A DNA stretch of 64,000 bases from a virus (IMGVR_UViG_3300025689_000001:1-64000); one strand, 5' to 3'; positions 49,401 to 63,500 are shown, numbered from the stretch's first letter. Translations and numbers: made by a program. Notes: generated by a model from the letters alone, not told the origin.

Positions 49401-52400
49401 AGGAGTGATACCATAAAGGTCTTGTTCTACTTCGTCGCCGTCAAGCATTCCCTTCGCGATATAGTAGCTCATATCAATGATAAAACTATCTTTTGATGGG
49501 TTATCTTCAGCGGTCTTAATTGAACATAAACCAGTTTTTGAAAGGTCACTATCTACATCAAGAACATAGAGTTTAGTAACAATTTTATCACTAACAATAC
49601 TTCTACTAATGTCTTTAAGATTCTTTTCATATCTAAAACCAATCTTATTCTCTTTACCCTTTTCTCTAATATAGAAAACCTTTTTAAGGTATTCGTCATT
49701 TTCATCCTTAATCACTGAACCATTAGACTTGTGTTCAATATAGAATTGAGGATAAACTTCAAATACTTTACTTGTCTGCTGTATAATATTGAAACGATTA
49801 GATTTGTTAATACTCAAAGTACGGATGCGTCTATCATGCTTTTCAGTAGGAAATCTAAAAGGACAATAGCCAAATTTCTGATAGAAACAAGTATGTCCAT
49901 TTCCATACTTACAGTCATGTTCTGTTAAATCAGCTTCTTTATCATAATAACTACATTTGTTTAAATCAATATAGTTTGTTTGGATTTCATAATCATCTTC
50001 TGTATACGCCGCGGCATCAAGAGGTAATACATCTTTACCAATCTTATCAGGGTCACTACTGATGAATGCCTTTGCTCCCATTGTATCATAGTATTCTGGC
50101 TCTTCATCTTTTGTCTTTAATCTTTGAATATAATAGTGCTGGTAACCGTAAGTTGAACCAAGCATAATATCGTCTTCAAAAATAATCATGTTTCTGATAT
50201 TGATTTGGTTTTCAACATCTTTGTCATAGAACGTATTAATAGTTCTCTCATATGCGCCTTTATCAATAACAGAAGTCTTCTTGGGTGCCCAGAACAAGTT
50301 TCTGCCGCTGTAACGATATTGTAACTTTCCATTTGTATTTGGAAAAGCATCTATACCTTTTGTGTATGCTTCAAAAAGATAAAGTCTTAAAAGAACAATT
50401 TTCTTTGCTGAAGAAATTACAAAGTAAGGATTTTCAATATCTTTCTTAGTCTTAAAAAGAATATAACGTGTATCAAGAGTTTCTGGAATAATGAGATTTT
50501 TCTTTTCGTCATTAAGATTCTCTGGCATAGAAGTGTGGTCTATAATTATATCTCCATTTGGTCCACAGTCAAATACAAGCTGATTTTCTTCTGATATTGT
50601 ATATTCTCCATCAGAGATAAGCGCGCCCTTACCAATTTTTATTTTGAAATCGGTATCAAAACAAGCAGAAACACCGAGACAATAGATTTTATCTTTCTCA
50701 ATTTTCTTGTCCTGTCCAATAATACCAAAGTTTACAATTTCTTGTCCATTGTTTGCAGAAATATCGCCGTCTTTTGAATCTGTCTTTGCATCTTTTAGCT
50801 CTACTTTGTTATCAGCTTCCCTGTATTCCCAAGAAGCAGTTTCAACAGTGTAATGTACTTTTCCAGTATTATCAGGAGCAATATAATCTGCTTCTTTTGT
50901 ATCAGTTATTTTTACAATAGAAAGCAAAGCTCTTTGCACAGCGTCGCCTTTTGCAAATAAGAACTTATAATCGTTTCCACTCTTAAAGTAATAATTAAGA
51001 CCAATGCCATAGATGTTGATAAAACCTTGAGAAGCCCTTAATGGAGCAATAAGATTATCCATAACACGAGTCTTCATTGTGCATTCGCTAATCTCTGACC
51101 ATTTACGACTATTGGTAGAAGAAAAGCTGAAACGCATATTATCTACGGCTGCACTACTTGGATTATTAGGTCCAGCTTGTCCTTCTTTAGGAACTACCTA
51201 AAAAATCTCTGCCGCTTTCACCGCCGCAGGCTGATATACTAAAGCAGAAGTTGAAATGCTTTCCTCATCTTCTGATTTTGAAACTCCTCTATGTGTTACA
51301 GTAGGAGTAATAAAGATGCTGTTTTCAAGAAGATAAGACATAGGAGACCAACCATCTGTAGAATCCATATCTGTACCATTCTGTACAAGGTTACGGGCGA
51401 GCTGCGGAATTATCTGACGTGTTTCAAGTTTTGAACATACACGATAAGATTGTTCATTTTTAGTTTTTTCTCCAACCTAATATTCCCAGTCTTCGCTACT
51501 ATACTCATTAGCAAAATCATCTGCATGAGCATTATAGACTGTTGTATACTGGTCAATCTCTTCGGAAATATTTACTTCTGTTCTATTTGTAATAGAAAAC
51601 TTCTTGCCTTTAACAATACTATTCTCATTTACATCACAAAGATAGCCGTCATAAGTAACATACTTATTTCCAAGAGAATCAACGTTATTCTCTTTATCGC
51701 TCTTATATTTAAAAGTATGACTGATTGAAGGAGCTTGAACATCCGCAGAACCAAGAGCCTCAGCTTGAACAAGTCTTGTATCTTCAAATATATACCATTT
51801 ATTTCCTTGAACTGCATTATTCCAATCAGCGAGAGTCATGAAGAAAGTATAATCTTTGTTCATAATAACTCCGCCGTCATCGAGTTCTAATATACCAGTT
51901 TTTGGAATTGCATAGAACTGAATGATAGTTCTTGGGTCAACAGACTGAGGAGCAAGAATTAGTTTTCCGTCTACTGCGATTGTAGTTTCGGTCGCCGCCC
52001 TGTCATACTTAAGTTTATCAGTAAAATTAGGCTCTTCCTCTGTACCATAGCAGAAGCCAAGGCATGAATAAGGAACATAAATATATCCATCATTTGGAAT
52101 GTCAGTATGATATTCTTTTGTAAGAGCGTTGCGAACCGTGCCGCCTTCAACATATTCATCCCAGAAGTAGCCGCGTGCCAAATCATCACTTAATTCAACT
52201 GGACGAGAATCTCCTGTGAAAACATTTTCCACAAAGTCTGTTCCTGTCTTTTCTTTGATTTTATCACGCTGTTCCTATTCAAGTTCGAAGTTTAACTTGT
52301 AGCCGTTAATACTGCCGCCGAAGCAACTAATTGGAATACGGTAAAGTTTCTCTTCTTTATATTCAGTAAAATCACCCCAGTTATTTTCGGGATGATACTG

Positions 52401-52880
52401 CCAAATACTATCTTCAAGAGTTTCTTCTGTAAATACACCAATTTCTTCGACGTTATTATTAAGTTCGGTATCATAAGTAATACCATAACCATTTCTTGAA
52501 AGCTCGTCGATAAAAGCATCAGTACAAGTAAATGATTTCATATAACTCTTAAACTGCTTTTTATCGTCAACCTTTTTAACAAAGAACTCAAACCATCTAT
52601 CTTTGTAGAAAAGTTTGAGCTTAGTCTCAGGAGCAACTAAGTCAGCAAATTCATTGCGGACAAAATCTCCTTTTAAAGAATCGAAATATCTATCAGGCAA
52701 CTGGAAAGTAAGGGTATTAGTACCCTTAATTTCCCTTTTAAGCACAATGTTAGTTGCCTTGCCTGGATAAGACATGTCGTGGGCGCCAATAATGACACCC
52801 TTTTCTTCAATTTTAGAATTGCTTCCATTGAGCTTTTCTACCCAAACGGAAAGCTCATATGGTCTTTTCTAAATTGCCAT
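46464..52880 (-). CDS. Large tail/baseplate minor structural protein (~2138 aa), many TAG
   Basis: Six ORF-track fragments in one frame from ATG 52880 (RBS GAGGTG) to TAA 46464; TAG is codon 4; FRYEKNLKDISR, VGPSGINADYIKVGTLD phage tail motifs. Confidence 0.8.
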
Positions 52881-52893
52881 TGTCTCACCTCAC

Positions 52894-55800
52894 TTAATAG
52901 TACAAAGGTGTATATTTAATCTGTAATCTATTTAACATATCTGCTACTGCCCAATAAAGTGGAGGGAAGTTTGCCCATACATAGTTACAAGCATACCACC
53001 ACCAGTCGCTAATATCATTGTTAATACAACGAAGCGGACGACCAGTTATGTCAAAATCATCAAGGTCAGGACCATGTCCTCCAGTCTTATCAGGGTCAGT
53101 CCAAACGCCACGGTTTACTGTCCAAGTATAATATGGAGCGATACTTGACCAAATACTGTTTATGATTTTTAAGAACGCATATTCGCCATCATTCTTATAT
53201 TTCTTAAACAAACTTATCGCAAAATAATTATACCACTCAGAACTTTCATGGAACTAAAGCTGACTCTCATACCAAACTTTAAATTTAAGCAGTTCATCTA
53301 CTGGGTCTTCAGTACCACTTATATCATCGTGACTATCCTCATATCCTTCTAAGTTTTCCTCTGGAATAATATTTTTTACAATGCTTTCTTTTGGATAAAC
53401 TGCGAAGAACTCTTCTCTTGCTAAATCATAGACATAATCATAAAGCTGTTGAACTTCACGCTTATTTCTATTTAAATCGCCGCCATAGCCCCAATCATAA
53501 AGTCTTGCGTCTTCCCAACGTTTGCCGCCCCAAAGGGACTCATCAACAACTGGCTCAACACAAATCAATGACCAGCCAGGAGGAAGTTTAAACCATTTAC
53601 CCTGTGTAATAGCATCATTCATAACAACCTTATTTGGCTTGTATACAAACTCCATACCATAAGGATTTGCAGTAGTATAAAGCATACGGTTATCAGTATT
53701 GAGATAATAATAATCATCAAGAAGGTCATTAATATATCCACCAACACCGATTGTGTTATCAAGAGTATTAATTAACTTTGAATAGATACCTGTTTCGATA
53801 AGATACTGTCTATCTGTATCAGTATACTGTCTACGAGAACCCGTAAATACTTTATCAGTTCCTTCACCAACTGCTTCTAAGAATTGTCTTGCAGTTTCTA
53901 CACCAGATAACGCCATTTGGTCAATTTCAATGTAGTCGTTAGTCATCCATTCTGGCATTTTATATCCATTAAAGACGTCATTAGCGTAATCCAAATCTCT
54001 CATATCTGAATTGATAAATTCAGAAGGATGATTGATATAGCTGTCAATGAACTGGTCAATCATTTCTTCTTCAGTTGGCTTATAATGGTTAGGTCTTTCG
54101 CTGTAATCAAGAGAAGACCACCAATCACCATAGGTCTTTTTCAAGATTGGAGTAAACTCTTTAAGTAACATTTTTAAGGTTTTCCAATAAAGTTCATATT
54201 CTTCCTCTTCAGTAATGCAACCTGCGAGCAATTCTTCATATCTGTTAGCAAGCTCAATTCCTCTCTCGAAATCAAGGTCTTTATAAATCTCTCTATATGC
54301 ATTGCCGCGGTCTGGTGCATTTTTAACGACACCCTCTGTGCTGATATCTGCGAACATTCTAATGAAATTAACAAGAGGATTATTTATGTCTTTAACATGG
54401 ATTTCTTCTTTGCCGTCTTCGTTTGTAACTTTAACCAATACGTCTTTTGCAAGTTCTCCATATCTTAAATCAGCAACCCAGTCTCCAGTAGGAAGTCTAT
54501 CTCCTCTCCACTGAATTGTCTGCCAATAGAAAAGTTTAATATAGTGTCCAAGTTTCTGACGAGGAATCGGTTCAACATAATAACAATGATGAGGATGTGC
54601 TTTTCCAAGTCCTGCGAGAGTTAATGCTGGAATAAGCTATTGCCATGCTTCATCATCTAAATGTAAATTAAAAGCTATTTTATCAGATTGAATTCCAGGG
54701 TCGACATAATTGTCAAGCTCTGCTGGTGTCAACTCATTAAAGGGTTTATCTGGATAAACATAGTTTTTATCGCCCCATCTTTTATCAGCTGGCATTATTC
54801 CCATTCGTAAAGCAGCAATTAATTCTTCTTTTGTATAGAAAGAATTAATCTCTGCATGTGACCCAGGTTTTCTAATCGGTGGTAAAGAATCAAAATCAAT
54901 ATCACCATTTTCAAAAGCCTCAATTATTTCGTGCATATTAACTTTTCTTCTCTTGAAATACTTAGTGCCATATTTATAAGGCTCGTTATCTGCCGCTTCA
55001 TAAGTAGTAAGTCCGCACCAATCGACAGCATTTTCAATGTTTAATCTTTCAACGTTAAAACGTCTAATTCTAAACTTCGTGCCGCCGCGGCAAGACCAGA
55101 AACTTCTCTTATTTTCGTCAAAACGAATTTCCCACTCAACAGGAAGGTCACCTGGATTGTACACAAGCATACGAGAACCAATCATAGCTCTGCCACTGTT
55201 AAAACCGAGGTCCATATTGATAAAATCGGTTTTTGAATACTGTGGCAAATACATAAGCTCCTAATCATAATCAAGAGTAGGAGTATAAAGAAGTTTTGCG
55301 GTACTCTCCCATTCAGGTACGTTATCCCAATAGCTTCTTACATCGATAAGAGATTTTTCACCATCAGGTGTGTCAAAGAATAACTCACCTGCAACAACCT
55401 GGTCGTATGTAGGGAAACCCGTTTTCCAAGGCGTTTTATCATTAGGCTCCCAGCTTCTTCCCAAACGGTTTCTATGAGTTTTATCTCTGAACTTATGAGC
55501 GTTAATATGAGTCTCTGTTGTGCCGCCCTCGTAATCGCTTGGATTTGTATTGTAATGATAGTTAATATCCTCGGGTAAATGACGAACATCAACAGAATCT
55601 TTCTTACTCTTAACGAAAGTATTGTCACTATATGCTTCTTGGATAATACACTGTGGAGGGTTAAGAGTATAATAATCTGCCGCCCTTACAACATATTTGT
55701 CAAAGCCAAAAGCATATGGAAAATAACAAATAAAAACGAGTTTACCAGTACCTTTATAAACTCTTTCACCAGACTCTTTATCAGTAAAACAAAGAGACTT

Positions 55801-56136
55801 AAATTCAGGTTTTGATTTAATCTTCGCTCTCCAAGTCTTGTATGGCTCTTCATCGAAAACTAAATCCTATAACTTATCTGTCGCAAATAGCTATCTAATC
55901 TTTCTGTAAATCTATTCAGAAACATTATCAAAAGCCAAGTTACAAGTAATCTCTCTGTTTTTATAAACAGAACCAAAATAGTACTGTCCATCGCTGCCAG
56001 GAACATCAAGTGTAGTGTCCGTAGGAGCAGGAAGGATTCTTGGCTCATATCTATCAGAGGTACTTACGACTTCCAAATGTAAGTCACTTGTGTGAATCTT
56101 ACCAAAACGGAAGCCCTAAAAGTCTTTAATTCTCAT
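52894..56136 (-). CDS. Distal tail protein (Dit)-like with large insertions (~1080 aa), several TAG
   Basis: N-terminus DF[TAG]GFRFG.IHTSDL...VPGSDGQYYFG, LVFDEEPYK, C-terminal IKYTPLYY; four ORF fragments in one frame. Confidence 0.78.
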
Positions 56137-56623
56137 TATTTATCACCCTCTCCCAATGATAACCAGCAAAGGTCTTCTATCTTCCGCTTAGACAAGAACT
56201 AATATTACTCATATTTTTATATCCATAAAATTCTGAAGCAGCTTTTTGACTTTCAAAAATTTGACCGGTTTCTACACATCTTACTTTATTTTCATTTTTC
56301 TTCGCACGACGGTCAATGCCCGTACCATAATTTATATTTTCTTTACAAGTCATCCATTCTAAATTCTATAAATTATTATTTAATTTATTTTCATCTTTAT
56401 GATTAACCTACATTTCTTTATATTTTTCGTGGGGATTAAAGATCATTAAAACTAAACGATGAACACGATGAGCAATCGTTCTTCCATCTTTACGGAGTTT
56501 AACTTCATAGTATCCATCTTTAGTAACACATGGCTTAAGATATTTTTTCCTATGATAGGTATAAATTTGACCTTCATCGGTAACTGCATATTTACCTTCA
56601 TATCCTGGAATGTCCTTTATCAT
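56126..56623 (-). CDS. Free-standing NUMOD4-HNH homing endonuclease; TAG read-through
   Basis: IPGYEGKY, VHRLV, EM[TAG]VNHKDENKLNN, NLEW, KTFAGYHW; TAA 56126-56128. Confidence 0.85.
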
Positions 56624-56645
56624 TTTCTTCACCTCACTTTTCTTT

Positions 56646-56718
56646 ATTATACCCGAAATTACGGGTAAAGTCAAGCTCTTATCTATTATAATGTAAAAAT
56701 TAGCTGCTCTTGCTCTAA
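56646..56718 (-). promoter_or_regulatory. Candidate late promoter (56718-56687) followed by a sigmaA promoter (56674-56646)
   Basis: TTAGA-N18-TACATTATA, then TTGACT-17-TATAAT. Confidence 0.65.
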
Positions 56719-56748
56719 TAAAGAAAGGGGCTTAGTTACCTAAGCCCC
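56719..56748 (-). terminator. Intrinsic terminator after endolysin
   Basis: GGGGCTTAG-GTAA-CTAAGCCCC followed by TTTCTTTA on the minus strand. Confidence 0.8.
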
Positions 56749-56753
56749 AGTCT

Positions 56754-57470
56754 TCACATTCTCAACGCTCTCTTAGTTGCCGGACCACAAAGTTCATCGA
56801 CTTCTAAACCATTCTCAAATTGGAATGCGAGAAGTCCACCAAGAGTAATTTTACCAAATGCGCCGTCGATTTCATTTTTTCTCAGATAGCCTCTGCCTGA
56901 AAGTTTTGACTGCATTTCCTTTACATCATCGCCATGCATGCCTTTCTTAATGGTACGAGTAGGAGTTGGTGTAGGAGTTGGAGTATCACCAGGCAGATAA
57001 ATAAATCCTAAGAATTTATATCCGTTGCCAGCACCCCAGTTGCCATTGCCTTTCTTGCGTTTTGTCGTCCAGAAAGCATTCTTGCATTTATAGCCTGACT
57101 CAGATGTAAGAATAGAGCCATCGTCATAAATCTCTTCTACTACAGCTACATGACCTGCGGCAGAGCCAATTCCTTCCCAAACAATTACTGCACCAAACTG
57201 AGGTTCAGTACCAACTTTAAGACCTTGAGAAATTGCTACTGAATAGAAATTCTCGGCATTAACAGGAAGAAGATGAGTCATTTTGGTATCACCAATAATC
57301 TCATTAAATCTTCCAAAAGCATATCCTACACAGTTGTGAAGTACGTTACAATCTGGGTCAGTAGGATTTCCAACAATGGCGGTTGACCAGCCGCCTTTTG
57401 CCTTGGTAATATAATATTTATTACCAGCTTCAGGTTTAGTTAAACGCGGAGTGAATGTCATGTTACTCAC
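56754..57470 (-). CDS. Endolysin: CHAP domain, Pro-Thr linker, peptidoglycan-binding domain
   Basis: NCVGYA...GHVAVVE...SES, PTPTPTPT, G.DVKEMQ..L...DG.FG..T...FQ...GL.VD..CGP.T; no TAG. Confidence 0.85.
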   Translation of the reverse strand: MSNMTFTPRLTKPEAGNKYYITKAKGGWSTAIVGNPTDPDCNVLHNCVGYAFGRFNEIIGDTKMTHLLPVNAENFYSVAISQGLKVGTEPQFGAVIVWEGIGSAAGHVAVVEEIYDDGSILTSESGYKCKNAFWTTKRKKGNGNWGAGNGYKFLGFIYLPGDTPTPTPTPTRTIKKGMHGDDVKEMQSKLSGRGYLRKNEIDGAFGKITLGGLLAFQFENGLEVDELCGPATKRALRM

Positions 57471-57510
57471 CTCTTAAAAGGGTAAGGGTGCCGCCGGAGC
57501 GGCACCAAGC

Positions 57511-60500
57511 TTAATTGAGTTGCTGTTGAAGGATTACGTTTGTACCCTCAGGACGTGCAACATCTACGATTTCGTCCTTAACTCTCTGAATCATTTCGTC
57601 AATATCAGTATCAGAAGAGATATGGTCAATGTTCAGATTTATTTCTACGCTTACGTCGCCACCATTATTAGTAACGACTGAAGCGTTATCAGTGTCTCTA
57701 TCCATCCAAGGAATGTCGGCAAGGATTTTAGCTGCTTCACCGATACGAGCTGTGTCTTCTGAATTCAAGAATGCTTCAGGTCTTTCTGGAGAACCGTCAA
57801 CCCAAGCTGGACCAGTGTAGTTAACAAGTCCACCTTCTTTGTACTTAAATACAGAAGTAAGTGTAGCATCTGCGGCAATAAGTCTTTCTTTAATCTTGTT
57901 ATAAAGTTGATAAGAATTAAGAGGAGTTGAGCTGTTACCATCAGTAGTAGATAGTCCAAGTGCAGCTGTTACCTGTTGTAATTCTTCTAACTCATTGCCT
58001 CGATAAAGTTTTTGAATATATGAAGCAAGTTGACCATGAGTAGTTGAGCTATTTGCACCAAAGGCAATAGTACCATTTTCAACGCTACCATTGCTATTAA
58101 TACTATATACCATTCCATCCATAGTATCCTTTAAATTAACCCAATCTACAAGCTATCCACTTGCTGGGCCAACATATGTACTTTCAGCTCCATCGAAGGT
58201 ATCTTCATAACCCAAATCTCCTCCACCTGAACTCTGTGCTGCTTGTGCATCTCTAAGGGCCTGTGCAGCTGTATTTGCTGCCGCAGCGCACTCATTGAGT
58301 TTATTAATTGCTTCTTGAAGAGCCTGTTTTGCAGAATCGATTGACTCTTCTGCTTTTCTCATATCCTCTTCAAAAGCAGCAGTGGTTTCGTTATAAGAAC
58401 GAATAACTTCTGTGCTAAAGGTTTCTGCTGTTTCAGCAACAATCGTGCCGACTTCTTCACCAGTAATTGTCATTGTATCAATGATGAAATCACCAGTTTC
58501 AGATGCACTATCCATTGCTTGCATTGCCATATATTCACTTGCAGCAGTATAGGTCTCTCCATATTCTTGGAGCTTAACTTGCTGTTGAGCAAGAGTCATC
58601 ATTGAATACTCTTCTGAAAGACTTGAAAGGAATTGAGCATAGTCCTCTGCTGATTCGAATGAACCTGCAAGACTTTCTGCCTATGTATTCCAGTAAAGAG
58701 TATTATCAAGCAAGGCTTCTTTGAGTTCCATTTCTGAATCTCTAAGCTCTTGCTGAGATTCGTAAAGTTCTGAAAGTCCATCGATAACTTCATCAATTGC
58801 TTCATCAAGTAATGACTCTCTATCTTGTTGTACTTCTTTTTCAAGTTGACGAGTTTCAAGTTCATTAGCGCCAGATGTATCTCTCTGCATCAATGAAAGT
58901 TTCTTTTCTTTCTGTGCTAAATCTTCGTATTTATTTTCCTTATCTCTTAACTATCTCTATTTATCAATTGCGTCCTAAAGAGCATCAAGATAATCATCAT
59001 CAGCATCTTTCATTGCATCGTACTTATCTTTAAGAGCATCAACCTCTTCTTGATATTGCGCCTTAAGAGCTTCTGCAATCTCAGTCTCCATTGCGGCGTA
59101 ATTATTGAGAGCAGTTTTTCTTTGTTCTTGTAATTCCTTTTCTGCCTTACGAACATTGCCTTCAGATTTAAGAAGTTCATCTCTATATTTATTATAATTA
59201 GAAACCTACTCTTCAAGGAGGTCTTTAATATCGTCAGTGAACTTAGCTTCATTAATAAGACGTTGGTCAATAATATACTTACCAGTTCTGTTATCTTTAC
59301 GAGCATAGTCACCAAAGTTAACATTAGTAGTTTGACCAGTTTCTCTATTAGTGTAAGCGTAGTTACCATTTTCAATCATATCGGCATAATTTTTCAATCC
59401 TGCCTAAATGACCTATTGTTTAGCTGTTTCTTCTGCGACCAAGTTATGAGTTGCATTTGCATAACGCTGAAGTGCAACAGTTGAGTCTTCGATAGACTTA
59501 GAATCAGCAAGTAAGTCCTTAGAACGAGAAATTTCATCGTTAAATGAATTAATTGCTTCATCATAATTATATAAATAGTCAAGTGAAGACTTACGGTTAT
59601 CCTTACCATAAAGAAGGTCATTATATTCTTTAAGAGCTTCATTTAATTTCTCTTGTTTTTCAGCTACGTCCTCTTGAGCCTTAGCCAAATCTTCTAATGC
59701 CTATTCATGGTCTTTTGTTGCATCAGCAACACTTTTAACCTTTTCTTCGTCTGGGAGATAAGAGTCTCTCATCGTAGAGAGTTCTCTTAACGCAGCTTTT
59801 ATTTTATTTTGTGTTTCAAGATACTCTTTAGACCCCGGCTTAATTGAATTGAGACCGCTTTGATATTCAGCAATTTGATTATTAATGTCTTTTAACTTAT
59901 CTGCATATTCTGAATTGATATTGTTAATTTCTTCAGTAGTTTCCGCCCTCTGAGCTCTATAGATATCGAGAGCTTTATCTGCATAAGTTTTAGCCCATCC
60001 AGATAAATTCATATTATATTGCTGCTGTCTCGTAATTAAGATATCTTGTTCTGCCGCGAGTCTCTGTTTAGTAGCAATAAGTAAATCTCTTTCAGCAATA
60101 ATTGAATCTCTCTATATTTTTAATTCATCTATTTTAGCTTGTGTTTCTTTATTTGCTACTTCAAGAATTGCATCAGCATTATTTAGCTGATTTTTAAATT
60201 CCTAAGTAAGTTTTTCTTCATTAAGAATAACTTTGCCATCGTCTGTAAAGTCTAAAAATTCAGATGCTTCAAGACCAAGTTCAGCAAGTGCTTTTTCTAC
60301 CTCTTGAGACTGTGTAAATGAGATAAAGCCATCTTTAAGTTGAGAGGTAATTGCACTACTTAAATCACTATATCCCTTAACCCATTTTTCAAGTCCTTCT
60401 TCAATACTATCTGTTATTGAATCAACAACGTCTTGTGATTTAACTCCGAAGGAAGCAATACCAGCCTTTGTAGCTTCTGTTACGAATTTGTCAGCAAGTT

Positions 60501-63500
60501 TTTTCGCTTCTTCTTCATCAAGTGTTTCTTCCAAGATTTCAAGTATCTAATCTTGGTACTGAGAGAAATTAGTTAAATCAATTTCATCCCAAGGTATTTG
60601 CATCATAGCTAAAATCTAATTCTTTGTTAAGTCTTCATTTTCAGCAAGAGTTGACATTAAAGAATTAGTAAAGGTATCTGCACCAATTTTAGCATGTTCA
60701 CTTAGTTTTGAAAATGCGTCATCTAATTTCGTAAGTTCGTTCTATGTCCAGCCGTCCAGTGACCCTTCTGCTATACCCGTATTTGCCGCAACAGTAGTTA
60801 TTTTTTCTTGTAAACTCTTAATAGCATCATCAACAGCAGTTCCAGCGTAGGCTTTTCCACTGTCTGTTTCCATACTATTCTAAAGAGTAGTTTTTGCTCT
60901 ATTAAGACCATCTACTGTTAAATCATTCATTGAAGAATAAAATTCTTCAACTGCCGTCTATTCTTCTTCTGTTAATTTAGCAAGTTCTGCTTGTCTTTGT
61001 TCGTAAATTTGTTGATATGCTTCATCGAAATATTGTAATGTATCGGTATACTTTTTCCATTTTTCGTCATCTTTACGTGCATCATTCCACCCACTGGAGG
61101 TGAGTTTTTCCAAATCTAATCCTTGCTCATCAATCATAGAATTGATTCTTTCAAAAACATCTTGAACCTTTACACCGTTACTATCAATTTCTTTTACTGT
61201 TTCTGACCAAGTTTTTAAATTATCAGCACCAAATAAACCATGAATTTCTTCTGCATATTTTTCCATGTCAGAAGCATTATCAAAACCTTGTCCATTTGAT
61301 ATGCCAGCATTAAATAGTTTTTCTGCCATATCATTTATTTCTGACTGAGATGGCATTGAGGCTTCCATCATACCTGCCATGAAATCTGCGACTGATTTTG
61401 AAACATCAAACTCACTCTCAATCATACTTGCTCTTTGTGCATGACGACGCTATTTATTTAAGTCTAACTCATCATCTCTAACTTCTTCTTGCTTTTTAAT
61501 AAAATTATCATTACTTTCGATATATTCTTTAAGATAAAGTGCATTTGCATTTGTAGATTCTTCAAAGGTATCTCCCATATATTCCATACCCTAAAAAATC
61601 TAACGCATATCTGCACCCTGTTGTTGAATAGACTCTAAGAAATAACCAAAATCTGAAACATCTTCATAAGAAGCATTATATTTCTTATAACGCTTTAAGC
61701 TCTCTATTATATCATTGATATCTTCTTCACTCAAAGAATTTATATCATGGTCACCAAAATAGTCTTTAATCCAATCTCCAAAAGAGCCTTCTTCATAAGC
61801 GTAAGTTTCAGCATCATATATGCTAAATTTCTTATTATTAAGTTTGGCAATTGCATCCTAATAAATTGAAGCATTTTCAGTGTCTACTTTAAACTGAGCA
61901 TTTGTAACATCCTCATCAGCATTTATAAGTGCAAGCTGAGCAACATAATCATTTCGATTTGCTTCTTTAGCTGCCAAATTAGCTTTTTTAATTATGTCAT
62001 CCCACAGAGTATTTTGAGTAACCAATTCTTTAGTTATTTCATTATAGCTTACGACAACTGAAGGAAGCTCATCTCTAATCTGCTATACTAATTCTTCATA
62101 ACGATTCTGTTCCTCAGTAGTTCTCACTACTTTATTAGCAAGCTCTTCATATTCTTCTTTTAACTCTTTTGCTGCAGTGGCTTCTTTTTCAGCATTAGTT
62201 TTGCTTTCTTTTGACTGAACAGCAATCTTATTGGCTTCTTCTGCCGCTTTTTTAGCGTCTTCAAGCTCTTCCTAAGCAGTTTTCTTACCAGCTTTTGCAT
62301 TTTTAATTAAAAAAGAAACTAAAACAACCAGACCGGTAATTGCTGCCGCGATAGCAACAACAATTGCGCCGATACCGGCGGTACCAGTAATAAAACCAGT
62401 GGTTAATCCTCCACCGACTGCAAGGCCAGTAGCTTCAGCTGCGGCTGCCTAAGTAACTCCACCGGCAGTAATTGCTGCTGTCTCAGCTGCTTGTTCCGCC
62501 GTAACTGCTGCGACTCTTTCTGCTCCACCTTTTAGTTGAAGTTTTGTTAACTATTTCTAATGAACTCTTGCAAGAACTTCTTGCAAAGCAAATTGCGCCG
62601 CCATTACAGTTAATTGAATAGACATCATTTTAAGAACATCAATTGCATCTGCTCCAGAAGCTATCATAGCAAAAGCAGAAATTGCAGCCTGTCCTACTGC
62701 GGCGAAGCCTTGTCTCATACCTTCAAGTCTTGCTTGGTTCTAATTAAACTGTTTAATTACAGCATCTGCATTTTGTAGCTCTGTTGCCATTTCTCGTGCT
62801 TTTTGACCATTTGCACCGAAAGTCTACAACATCTATTTTGCAGCCTTATCTGCTTCTTGTTCGCTTAAACCAACGTCACGACCAGCCTAAGCAAGTGCAT
62901 GGTATGAGTTTAACATACCATTCATCTTAGAAGTATCAACTTGCTGAAGAATATTTACTCCGCCATTCTTTGCAAGCATCTTATTAGAATCATTTACAAG
63001 AGTTGTAATTTGATTTTTTGTTTGTAATGCTGCTTTATAGTCAATTGCAGTAGGTATTTGAACACCTTTCTTTAATACTTTATTAAATCCTGTCAGTATC
63101 TTAGTACCAGCTAATGTACCAATACTTGAAAGTATATTAATAGAACTCTTTAATGTAGTAAAGAATGTTGAAATAAATGATTTTGCTGCCCAAATAGCAA
63201 CTGGACCTAAAACAATTAAACGCTTCCATTTAATATTCTAAACTTTATCTAAGAATACTCCTAAACTATCAATTAAGCCTTTAAATACATCACTATTAAG
63301 AATGTTAACTCTAAATTCTTCCCATTTAGTATTTAACTGATTAAGTTTGTATTCCATAGTGTCAGCATATTTAGCGAACTGTTCATCAGCTTTTCCTTCT
63401 GACTCTGCGGCAATATCCATCAATTCAGCTGTTCTTTCATAGTTGTCCATCATAGCGATGAAACGAGACTGCTGACGTGAACCTGCGGCAATAGTAGCTA

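Noticed and set aside
3801-59484. Numerous short antisense or shadow ORFs in the track (e.g. 4236-4649, 5236-5751, 18919-19317, 27064-27540, 47637-47918)
   Set aside because: They overlap well-supported genes on the other strand or frame and have no recognisable motifs
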